DNA from: a virus
Taxonomy: Duplodnaviria; Caudoviricetes
Reading direction: 5' to 3' (one strand)
Virus record (IMG/VR): IMGVR_UViG_3300033076_001557
Span: 1-34,101 of that record
Length of the DNA: 34,101 nt
The first letter of the stretch is position 1; each line of letters starts with the position of its first letter. A program made the position numbers and the translations under genes. The notes below the pieces were generated by a model that searched no databases, had not been told where the DNA came from, and saw only the letters and a program-made list of their open reading frames with translations. This document shows positions 9,750 through 16,884 of this stretch, piece by piece.

Positions 9750-9850
9750 AAGTGCCGCATTCTCGTCAAAGCTATTTCATCAAAGTTCCCTACAATTTCG
9801 AAAAAAACCAGTGTGATTTTTACGTAAGGAGTAAAAAAAATAATGGATAA
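9683..9850 (+). CDS. Small Cys-rich phage protein
   Basis: AAGGA RBS; MSDITMCEGKNCPKKEECKRC...QSYF...C motif common in phages. Confidence 0.75.
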   Translation: MSDITMCEGKNCPKKEECKRCVEVPHSRQSYFIKVPYNFEKNQCDFYVRSKKNNG

Positions 9851-10085
9851 CGCATATTTGGAAGCAGACAAATTATTAAAAGACCTTATAAAGGTTGTAA
9901 ATGATTTTTATTATAAAAATAAAGAATTTAACATAGAAACTGTTAACAAAATTCAATTTTTGGCTACATCATGTTTGTTTTTATCGGTATGCGATAATTT
10001 CGCTAAAGACAAAGAACAATTTTTGGCCTTGATTGGTAAAATCATTGAATCTTATATGAATAAAAAAAGGAAAAATAGTGAATAA
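9843..10085 (+). CDS. Hypothetical protein (paralog of the next ORF)
   Basis: Overlapping start; aligns by eye with 10078-10305. Confidence 0.65.
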   Translation: MDNAYLEADKLLKDLIKVVNDFYYKNKEFNIETVNKIQFLATSCLFLSVCDNFAKDKEQFLALIGKIIESYMNKKRKNSE

Positions 10086-10305
10086 AAATATTATAACAGT
10101 TGATCTTATAAAAAAACTTGTACAGGCATTAAATGATATTAGCGATGAAAATAAACATTTAACTGTATTAGAACTTAGAACAATTCAGTTAGCTGGCGTT
10201 ATGTTTTTATTTACAACATTTTCTTGTGATTTTATTGATGACAAGAATAAATTTTTTGAAGTTATTGATAAAATAATTAAAGAATATATAAACAAAAAAA
10301 AATAA
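10078..10305 (+). CDS. Hypothetical protein (paralog of the previous ORF)
   Basis: AAGGA RBS with GTG start; shared ND...NK...IQ...LF...F..DK..F...I.KII..Y.NKK pattern. Confidence 0.65.
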   Translation: MNKNIITVDLIKKLVQALNDISDENKHLTVLELRTIQLAGVMFLFTTFSCDFIDDKNKFFEVIDKIIKEYINKKK

Positions 10306-10310
10306 AAATT

Positions 10311-10421
10311 ATGGAAAAACTTTTAATTTGTTTTTGCGGAAATAAATATTTAACTGAGTACCCATTGGGTTCAATATTTTGCACGATATGCAAATCGCTG
10401 GTCACATGGAGCAAATATTAA
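10311..10421 (+). CDS. 36-aa putative zinc-ribbon peptide (not in ORF track)
   Basis: MEKLLICFCGNKYLTEYPLGSIFCTICKSLVTWSKY with CxC and CxxC; starts 5 nt after the previous stop. Confidence 0.5.
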   Translation: MEKLLICFCGNKYLTEYPLGSIFCTICKSLVTWSKY

Positions 10422-10511
10422 TTTTTTTACAAAAAATATTTGTTATTATAAGGTATAATTTAAATTGTTATTTAATGCGTTTACCCAAAAATTTAGAACA
10501 ATTGGAAAAAT

Positions 10512-10808
10512 ATGAAAATACCCGAACCGTTCACCAATGATTCAGATCTAAAAATGTGTTATGAAAAAAAAGTAACCCTAGATAAAAACATTTTTTTTTC
10601 AGGCAATTTGGATATCCAAGTTAGATTAATTCATATGCTTTTGCAATGTATGAAAAAATCTAGTGAGTTAAATAAACACGAATTCCCATTTTATCAGCTT
10701 CGAGTGCGCCCTACTACAGAAAACGAATACCCTTATGGAATATGCTTTGAGTTAATATGGGAAAACAGGGCGGAATCACAAGAAAAGGAAAACACATGCA
10801 CAAATTAG
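10512..10808 (+). CDS. Hypothetical protein
   Basis: 98-aa ORF, GGA RBS, AT-rich promoter-like upstream region. Confidence 0.55.
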   Translation: MKIPEPFTNDSDLKMCYEKKVTLDKNIFFSGNLDIQVRLIHMLLQCMKKSSELNKHEFPFYQLRVRPTTENEYPYGICFELIWENRAESQEKENTCTN

Positions 10809-10887
10809 AAAATCCAATAATTTTTTTATCAAATAGAAAAAAGTGATTTAGGGGAAATTCATATTTTTAAAGTTGAATGAGGAAGAC

Positions 10888-11153
10888 ATGAACTACTGGA
10901 TTAAAATAGACAAGTCAAAAAAAATGCCCATGGAAAGCCCAATCCTGCTTATGGATGAGTATGGTAACGTCTACATCGGTTCTACTGGAAGAACCAGTGT
11001 GGGTTTTGGATTGAGTCGCAATGGAACAGAAACGCACGCTAAGGAAAATCCTTAACGTGCTTTATAATCCGAATTCTGAGCTGACCCCTAACTGAGGGCA
11101 GCTATTCCACCCATCTTTCATAAAACCCCAAAAATTCTGGGCGGATTTTTATA
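10888..11153 (+). pseudogene. Possibly frameshifted DUF551-like gene
   Basis: MNYWIKIDKSKKMP...ILLMDEYGNVYIG resembles the DUF551 N-terminus; a (W)AAIPP-like end lies downstream in another frame. Confidence 0.3.
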
Positions 11154-11355
11154 ACCCGACTCTTTTAACACCATATTTCACAATCTCATCCCTATTCTTG
11201 AAATTCATGATAATCATGTTCAATGGGTGTTTTGGATTGTGAGAAAGACCATGATGAGCAATGGTAGTTATCTCAATAATTTTAGATGAAGGCATAACAC
11301 CCCTCCAAGAGTTCTTGATAGAGATGTATATTTTCTTACGCTTCTTTCTATTCAT
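11149..11355 (-). CDS. Hypothetical protein
   Basis: 68-aa ORF divergent from the res-like site; no recognisable motif. Confidence 0.35.
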   Translation of the reverse strand: MNRKKRKKIYISIKNSWRGVMPSSKIIEITTIAHHGLSHNPKHPLNMIIMNFKNRDEIVKYGVKRVGL

Positions 11356-11441
11356 AAAGTCTTAAAATTTTAAACATTTTTTTTGACATAAGCAAACATT
11401 AAAAACGCATTAATTTTTTTGTTTACAGTCAAAAAAAATGT

Positions 11442-11561
11442 GCGTCATTTCAGGGTATCCCCTGTTTACACTCATTTTTCAAAAAACGATTGAGTCAATC
11501 CAAAATGTTTTATCTTTGTAGTTGACAAACTGTCAATTTTTGTCCTATAGTGCCACTGACA
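11442..11561 (+). promoter_or_regulatory. Tn21/Tn501-type res-like site (three subsites) overlapping a sigma70-type promoter
   Basis: I: GCGTCAtttcAGGGTATCCCCTgtttACAC (11442-11471); II: GAGTCAA...TTGACAA (11492-11528); III: TGTCA...TGACA (11531-11561); TTGACA-N18-TATAGT at 11522-11551. Confidence 0.6.
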
Positions 11562-11582
11562 ATATACACAAAAGGCGATATT

Positions 11583-11753
11583 ATGAAAACATATTTTCAA
11601 AGAAAAAATTTGTCAGCCGAAGAGGCATTGTTAAAATTGATTAACGAAGAGCAAAAAGAAATTCGGATAGGTATTCTCAAAGCTCAAATTGCATCAGCTG
11701 AGCAACAGCTTTGTGAGTTAAAAAAAGAATTGTCATCAATTACAATGACATAA
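11583..11753 (+). CDS. Small coiled-coil protein
   Basis: AAGG RBS before ATG 11583; LKAQIASAEQQLCELKKEL heptads. Confidence 0.6.
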   Translation: MKTYFQRKNLSAEEALLKLINEEQKEIRIGILKAQIASAEQQLCELKKELSSITMT

Positions 11754-11765
11754 AGGGAAAAAAAT

Positions 11766-11963
11766 ATGGAGTGGACTCAATTTATAATTTTTTGTTTAGG
11801 AGTTTTTGGGCTGTTTATTTGGAACAGGACAGAATCTCGCGCGGATGCTAGACATACCGACGCAAAGCTCGAAGCAATCAGGGCCTTGATGTATGCAGTC
11901 ATTGAAGAATCAAAAAGTTTCCATGGCAGGCTTTGCACCATTGAAGAAAGAAACAAGAAATAA
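11766..11963 (+). CDS. Small membrane-anchored coiled-coil protein, FHGRLCTIEER family
   Basis: N-terminal hydrophobic helix FIIFCLGVFGLFIW; C-terminal motif shared with the next ORF. Confidence 0.8.
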   Translation: MEWTQFIIFCLGVFGLFIWNRTESRADARHTDAKLEAIRALMYAVIEESKSFHGRLCTIEERNKK

Positions 11964-11980
11964 CCCAAAAAAAGGAAAAT

Positions 11981-12331
11981 ATGGACGCAGTCACATTATT
12001 GCTAGCAGCAGGTGGAGTTGTCATCACAATCGTAGGGTCAAATATAACTTTGATTGGATGGTTGAGAGGAGACATGAAATCTTTTGAAAATAAGATTGAG
12101 ACAAAAATTGAAACCCTGAAAGACGAAATCAAGCGAGACATGTCCAATCATAAAGATGAAATTAGGCGCGATATGTCAAATTATAAGGATGAGATCAGAA
12201 AAGATATTTCCAATCATAAAGACGAAATTAGAAAAGATTTAGCTCTTTATAAAGATGAAATCCAAAAAGAAATGAGAGATTTTCATGGCAGATTATGCAC
12301 CATTGAGGAAAGACACAGAGATAAATCATAA
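11981..12331 (+). CDS. Membrane-anchored hendecad coiled-coil protein, FHGRLCTIEER family
   Basis: AAGGA RBS; N-terminal TM segment; five 11-aa repeats; shared C-terminal motif. Confidence 0.8.
   Translation: MDAVTLLLAAGGVVITIVGSNITLIGWLRGDMKSFENKIETKIETLKDEIKRDMSNHKDEIRRDMSNYKDEIRKDISNHKDEIRKDLALYKDEIQKEMRDFHGRLCTIEERHRDKS
12119..12283 (+). repeat. 33-bp (11-aa) coding tandem repeat x5
   Basis: KDEIKRDMSNH/KDEIRRDMSNY/KDEIRKDISNH/KDEIRKDLALY/KDEIQKEMRDF. Confidence 0.9.
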
Positions 12332-12344
12332 AATTAAGATGAAA

Positions 12345-12605
12345 ATGTTAGAGTTATCAAGGTTTTTAGGAATTATCATAAACATGTATGGCAATGATCA
12401 ATTACCGCCTCATTTTTATGTTATTTATGAAGATTATGAAGCATTGTTTTCTATTGAAGATTTTAAACTTATTTCAGGAAAATTGCCCCCTAGAGTCATT
12501 GGATTAGTAATTGAATGGGCGATTTTACACAAAAAAGAATTGGAAAAAAATTGGAAATTGTGTATTAAACAACTTCCATTAAAGAAAATTAAACCTCTAG
12601 TATAG
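12345..12605 (+). CDS. DUF4160-family protein (HicA-like; normally paired with DUF2442)
   Basis: MLELSRFLGIIINMY..DQLPPHF...GKLPPRVIGLVIEWAILHKKELEKNW...KIKPL is the DUF4160 signature. Confidence 0.85.
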   Translation: MLELSRFLGIIINMYGNDQLPPHFYVIYEDYEALFSIEDFKLISGKLPPRVIGLVIEWAILHKKELEKNWKLCIKQLPLKKIKPLV

Positions 12606-12644
12606 GATATATTATGCAATAGGGGAAAAATCAAATAATTAAAA

Positions 12645-12670
12645 TTGGGACGTTTCAAAAAGCGTCCCAA
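12645..12670. promoter_or_regulatory. Inverted repeat upstream of the resolvase gene
   Basis: TTGGGACG-tttcaaaaag-CGTCCCAA; function unknown (terminator or operator). Confidence 0.6.
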
Positions 12671-12709
12671 AATTATTTACACATAAGAGTATTGACAGGA
12701 TTAGGATTC

Positions 12710-13279
12710 ATGAGCGGAAAACGTATAGGATACGTTAGAGTAAGCACCCCAGAACAAAACCCAGAAAGACAATTGGAAGGAATTTCAATTGATAGGAAAT
12801 TTATTGATTTTGCTTCTGCTAGATCGTTAGACCGTCCGCAACTTAAATTGATGCTGGATTTTGTTAGAGAAGATGACGTGATTTTCATTCATTCCATGGA
12901 CAGGTTAGCAAGAAATGTTAACGATTTAAAAAAAATTGTTAAACATTTGGTCTCACAAAATATTCAGGTGCATTTTGTAAAAGAAAATTTGATTTTTGAC
13001 GGTGATGATTCACCTATGTCAAATTTATTATTGCATTTAATGGGAGCATTTGCAGAATTCGAATATCAGTTTATCCGCGAACGTCAACGTGAAGGTATTG
13101 CCATAGCTAAACGAAAAGGTCGCTACAAACCACCACCACGAAAACTTAACGAAGAAAAAATAGCTACGTTAAGAGATTTACTTTTGAACACGCGAAAAAG
13201 CAAGGCAGCTATAGCAAGAGAGCTGGGTGTGTCGCGCTTTACTTTGTATAAATATATCAAGCAAGAGAAAATTTTATGA
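12710..13279 (+). CDS. tnpR: Small serine recombinase, Tn21/Tn501 TnpR-type resolvase
   Basis: RIGYVRVST (catalytic Ser), QNPERQL, HSMDRLARN, DSPMSNLLLHLMGAFAEFE, RERQREGI, C-terminal HTH IARELGVSRFTLYKY; AGGA RBS before ATG 12710. Confidence 0.93.
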   Translation: MSGKRIGYVRVSTPEQNPERQLEGISIDRKFIDFASARSLDRPQLKLMLDFVREDDVIFIHSMDRLARNVNDLKKIVKHLVSQNIQVHFVKENLIFDGDDSPMSNLLLHLMGAFAEFEYQFIRERQREGIAIAKRKGRYKPPPRKLNEEKIATLRDLLLNTRKSKAAIARELGVSRFTLYKYIKQEKIL

Positions 13280-13530
13280 AATGTTTGATCCCATTTATCA
13301 TGTTTTCGGCAAATCTTTCCGCCATGATGATTTCTTATGATTCTGAGGCGATCGAATCCGTAGATTCACGACTAGACAATATCATTGAAAATGTTGTTAA
13401 CATCATAACCGATCCAACATGCAATCCAAGTTTTTGCTTATATGAAATTTATGAAGATGCCGTAGAATGTAAATTTATACTGGATTATGGCCCAATGCCA
13501 AAAAAAATTGATTTAAACATGGGAGAATAA
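13276..13530 (+). CDS. Small putative secreted protein
   Basis: ATGA-coupled to the resolvase; MKCLIPFIMFSANLSA signal-like N-terminus; acidic with three further Cys. Confidence 0.55.
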   Translation: MKCLIPFIMFSANLSAMMISYDSEAIESVDSRLDNIIENVVNIITDPTCNPSFCLYEIYEDAVECKFILDYGPMPKKIDLNMGE

Positions 13531-13532
13531 AA

Positions 13533-13676
13533 ATGAAAAAAATGGCAGCATTATTTTTGCTCTGCACAAGTTGTACGATGACAATGCAAAATATATCTAC
13601 TCATGGCACTGCCACAGACTTGGTGGATGATACTTTATCAAACGAAGCAAGCGCAAATATTCCTCAAAGTCAATGA
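13533..13676 (+). CDS. 47-aa putative lipoprotein (not in ORF track)
   Basis: GGAG RBS; MKKMAALFLLCTSC lipobox-like N-terminus; its stop abuts the stop of the convergent gene. Confidence 0.65.
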   Translation: MKKMAALFLLCTSCTMTMQNISTHGTATDLVDDTLSNEASANIPQSQ

Positions 13677-14036
13677 TCAATATTCAATGTCAATCATGAC
13701 GCCGTCCCATTTGCTTTTTTTTTGATCATATAGCCATTTAATCCTTGGGTCTCCATCTGCGCGACCAGGCGCTAACCCAGGGATTAATCTATCCGCAACA
13801 CGATCTCGAACAGCTTTGAGTGCTCCTCTCAAATTATCGTCATCCATTAAACGTTTTGCGCATCGTGTCAATTTGACCACACATGGAAGCGTAATTTTGG
13901 GACGCTCTTTTAGCCACATTACGTCTACATGCAAATATTGAAGACGGCGGCGTTTATGTTTTTTTGTCCAATGTTCTGAGCAATTTGACTCTGAAATTGT
14001 AGGCGTCAAAATTCTAGAATGGAATCTCTGAATCAT
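13677..14036 (-). CDS. RusA-like Holliday junction resolvase
   Basis: LPCVVKLTR...MDDDNLRGALKAVRD...DGDPRI matches the RusA DxDN...K..xD pattern; end of replication operon. Confidence 0.75.
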   Translation of the reverse strand: MIQRFHSRILTPTISESNCSEHWTKKHKRRRLQYLHVDVMWLKERPKITLPCVVKLTRCAKRLMDDDNLRGALKAVRDRVADRLIPGLAPGRADGDPRIKWLYDQKKSKWDGVMIDIEY

Positions 14037-14319
14037 CGGAAATAATTGGTTCTGGGTTTCCCATTATTTTTTTTACTTCTTGTTTTACTCTTTCAAGAAA
14101 TTTTAACAAGTTTTCATACGAAGAAAAGGAAATTAGAGTATAGTATTTTTTTTCGCCATTTTTCATGTATTCTTTTTGAGGCAAGGAAATCCATTCTTTC
14201 CCATCTTTGCAAAATAAATGGCAGTCACGAATGATCAGCCCACCCCAATTTTCCATGACAATATTGAATGATCCAACGCGGTAGCTGTTTTCGATTCGAC
14301 GAAAGTTTTCGATTTTCAT
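14014..14319 (-). CDS. SpoVG-like putative single-stranded DNA-binding protein
   Basis: GLIIRDCHL...KDGKEWISLPQKEY...GEKKY core and acidic SSB-type tail DDSEIPF. Confidence 0.7.
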   Translation of the reverse strand: MKIENFRRIENSYRVGSFNIVMENWGGLIIRDCHLFCKDGKEWISLPQKEYMKNGEKKYYTLISFSSYENLLKFLERVKQEVKKIMGNPEPIISDDSEIPF

Positions 14320-14339
14320 AGTATTTCCAAAGAATAAAT

Positions 14340-14582
14340 TTAGTCAGTTTCTTCTTCCTCTTTTTCACCACATTCGCCATTTTCTGAAAGTACATGACAA
14401 GTTTTATCAAATTTGTCAATCAACTCATCGTATTCATCTTTTTCATGTAAAAAGTCACGCATTGCAGAAACAAGCTTATTAAACTTAGAAGAACATTTTT
14501 GATTTTTTTTATCTAAAATTTCTGCTTGCATTTCAATGGAATGAATCAAAACGTCTTGGAGATCGGACATAGATTTCCTCAT
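14340..14582 (-). CDS. Hypothetical protein
   Basis: ATG 14582 directly after the DnaC-like stop; acidic C-terminus. Confidence 0.6.
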   Translation of the reverse strand: MRKSMSDLQDVLIHSIEMQAEILDKKNQKCSSKFNKLVSAMRDFLHEKDEYDELIDKFDKTCHVLSENGECGEKEEEETD

Positions 14583-14583
14583 T

Positions 14584-15153
14584 TTATGTAAAAATTTTTC
14601 TAACGCTTTTTCCGCCCATGTTAAGCTCATGCGCTAACATTCGATCGATGGTTCTCGCGTGTAGATCTTTGGCAAGTTCAGAAATAGACAAATTGGAAGT
14701 GACAATCGTCGGTTTTCTTTTGTTAAACCTTTTGTCAAAAATTCCAAAAAAAATCTCATTGTCCGAAGGATATCTTTGCCTTATTCCTAAATCGTCAATA
14801 ACCAAAAATTCTGTTTCGCCCAACAAAGAAGCAAAAGAAGAGCAGCCCTTATGCCTTTCATACTGCTCGCCAATATTTTTGGCATGCAAAAATCGAACAG
14901 GGACAGGCATATGAATATTTTTTCGTTTAAAAAACGATTCCCAACGCAAATATTCTTTTTTCAAGAGTAAAATAGACAGGTGAGTTTTTCCCGTACCTGT
15001 TTCACCATGAAGCAGTAAAGTTCCTTTTTTTACCTGATACCACTTATTGGCTTCAATAAAAAAATTTGTATTTATTTTTTTGTAATCTTCTTCGGAGCAA
15101 TGACGATAACTTTCGTCAATTTCATGAAGGTCACAAAAATGTTCCCAGCTCAT
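14584..15153 (-). CDS. DnaC/IstB-like AAA+ helicase loader
   Basis: Walker A GETGTGKT, Walker B LVIDDLG, R..KRKPTIVTSNL, RTIDRM, GKSVR; coupled to the initiator gene. Confidence 0.92.
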   Translation of the reverse strand: MSWEHFCDLHEIDESYRHCSEEDYKKINTNFFIEANKWYQVKKGTLLLHGETGTGKTHLSILLLKKEYLRWESFFKRKNIHMPVPVRFLHAKNIGEQYERHKGCSSFASLLGETEFLVIDDLGIRQRYPSDNEIFFGIFDKRFNKRKPTIVTSNLSISELAKDLHARTIDRMLAHELNMGGKSVRKIFT

Positions 15154-16301
15154 TTTTCAACATTTTCCTCGGTTACAGGGCCAAAGATAGAACCATCCTC
15201 TTCAATGATTAAATAACCCAATTTCATATCAGGTCGCTTCTCGCGCTCGCCTCTGGTCCAAATAGCGTTGTAAAAATAGCGATTCACTGTAGCTTTGCAC
15301 GCAATTCGTTGTTCAACGGTCATTCGCATGAGTTCGGGAATGTGATCAGAAGAATTTGCTGGGTCGTAAGTTTTTTCAGGTGGTTTTTCCAACTTTAAAG
15401 CCTTCATTTTCTCTTTTGCCTTTTCAAAAACCCAGCCGCCTTCTCGCATCAAGGCCGAGTCTTTTTTATAGGCCTTGCCGCTACTTTCTTTGTATGAGCT
15501 GAGGGTAGATAGCATGAGGTTCACGAAATCCTCACCATGGGCCTTTAAAAGGCTTTGGCGCTCATCTTCGGTCAAGAAGACGGCCGGCGCAACTTCAACT
15601 TTCGGGATTTTAAGTGGTTTTTCTGGAGCCGCAGAGCGGCGGGTTTTAGATTTCTGACGAGATGAAGGATTTTTCTCACGCGTATATATATTTTCTGTAG
15701 TGATCTCTGTAGTGATCTCTGTACCTATATGAGCGTTTGACGTTTGACCGTCTAGGGTGTCGACGTTGAAACGTCGGATGGTCGACGTTGAAACGTCATT
15801 TGGATGAGAAAAACCACCGTCTGACGTTGAAACGTCGGGTGGAAACTTCTCTTCTGTAAGTTCATTATAGTAAGAAAGTTGCGCAATCTTCTTAGGGAAT
15901 ATCTTTATATATAAAAGTAGCCCTAAAATCGTTCCATCAGGAGCTTTCAGGTGCTCATAAATGCGCTCAATTAACCCCATTTTTTCGAGTCGATAAAGCG
16001 AATCTTTGATCTGCCGTTCCGAAACATTAAATTGCTGTGCCAATGACTTTTTGTTTTTCTGAAGATAGCGCCCCTTGAATTTTCGGCGAGGAGGCAAAGG
16101 CTCGCCCGTTTCTTCATTACGAAGCTCAATAGCCCGATACCAAAAAACAAGTTCTGAAAGAATAGCGATAGAGAGAAAATCAACGGCGCCGTTCTCAAAT
16201 GTAATTCTTTTGTACCACATGGGGGGCGTAACATTTCCTGAAATATGAAGCTTGCTCATTTCTTCAACTTCAACAGTTGCTGGCCAAAATTCGTCGTTCA
16301 T
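15150..16301 (-). CDS. Phage replication initiator protein (N-terminal wHTH)
   Basis: GNVTPPMWY...AILSELVFWY...LAQQFNVSERQIKDSLYRLEKMGLI; TEITTEITTE linker; internal iterons; upstream of DnaC-like gene. Confidence 0.85.
   Translation of the reverse strand: MNDEFWPATVEVEEMSKLHISGNVTPPMWYKRITFENGAVDFLSIAILSELVFWYRAIELRNEETGEPLPPRRKFKGRYLQKNKKSLAQQFNVSERQIKDSLYRLEKMGLIERIYEHLKAPDGTILGLLLYIKIFPKKIAQLSYYNELTEEKFPPDVSTSDGGFSHPNDVSTSTIRRFNVDTLDGQTSNAHIGTEITTEITTENIYTREKNPSSRQKSKTRRSAAPEKPLKIPKVEVAPAVFLTEDERQSLLKAHGEDFVNLMLSTLSSYKESSGKAYKKDSALMREGGWVFEKAKEKMKALKLEKPPEKTYDPANSSDHIPELMRMTVEQRIACKATVNRYFYNAIWTRGEREKRPDMKLGYLIIEEDGSIFGPVTEENVEK
15694..15723. repeat. 12-bp tandem repeat x2.5 (TEITTEITTE)
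   Basis: TCTGTAGTGATC TCTGTAGTGATC TCTGTA. Confidence 0.9.
15739..15836. promoter_or_regulatory. Putative replication origin: palindromic iterons inside the initiator gene
   Basis: GACGTTGAAACGTC exact at 15762, 15784 and 15823, degenerate GACGTTTGACCGTC at 15739; lambda O-like intragenic layout. Confidence 0.75.
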
Positions 16302-16361
16302 GATTAATTCCTAAAAAAGTAAAACGAGGGATAGAGATTTATGAAACCGATTATTATCTTT

Positions 16362-16817
16362 TTAAATTTTAGTAATCCTCGCTATTTCTTCGGGGAAAAT
16401 ACGAATAAACATGCGCGTTCCCAAAAACGACCCGTCTTCACACTGCACATTTTCATAAAGACGCTCGATCAGCCCTCTTTTTTCTAAACGAACTAATGCA
16501 TCCCCAATTTGTCTTTCTGTTAAACCAAAACATTTACCGAGTTGCCCTTTGTTTTTTTGTAAATATTTACCTTTGAACTTCTTTTTCATCGGTAGTTCTT
16601 CACCGGACTCCTCATCACGAGAAATCGTGGGAGTATACCAATAATAAATTTCAGATAGTATTAAAACGGAATTAATATCAGTCAATCCGTTATCAAGCTT
16701 AAGATGTAAAAACCATCTATTATCAAACGGCGTCCCATGTAATTTCATTGCATGAGTAAAAGCGACTTCTTCAGTAATTTCGAAGTAGTTAGAGTCAGTG
16801 TAAGAAGGTGTTTTCAT
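16362..16817 (-). CDS. Stand-alone paralog of the initiator wHTH domain
   Basis: ILSEIYYWY...RDEESGEELP..KKFKGKYLQKNK...ERQI.D.L.RLEKRGLIER.YE...DG..LG...I.IFP aligns to the N-terminus of 15150-16301; GAGG RBS. Confidence 0.88.
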   Translation of the reverse strand: MKTPSYTDSNYFEITEEVAFTHAMKLHGTPFDNRWFLHLKLDNGLTDINSVLILSEIYYWYTPTISRDEESGEELPMKKKFKGKYLQKNKGQLGKCFGLTERQIGDALVRLEKRGLIERLYENVQCEDGSFLGTRMFIRIFPEEIARITKI

Positions 16818-16840
16818 GTTTCCTCAAAAAAAGGTTGATA

Positions 16841-16870
16841 TTGACTTTTTGAGACCCATGAAGATATGAT
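16841..16870 (+). promoter_or_regulatory. Candidate antisense sigma70-type promoter
   Basis: TTGACT-N18-TATGAT pointing into the 15-bp repeat array, opposite to the operon. Confidence 0.45.
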
Positions 16871-16884
16871 CGACATGGCTCTTA

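Noticed and set aside
10873-11153. Stop-codon reassignment or programmed frameshift
   Set aside because: All long genes read normally in code 11 using TAA, TAG and TGA stops; local decay is the simpler explanation
12710-13279. Gin/Cin-type tail-fibre invertase system
   Set aside because: No inverted alternative fibre ends or paired inverted crossover sites seen near the fibre genes; the protein looks TnpR-like and a single res-like site is present
11400-13700. Intact Tn3-family transposon
   Set aside because: No transposase and no 38-bp GGGG-terminal inverted repeats recognised
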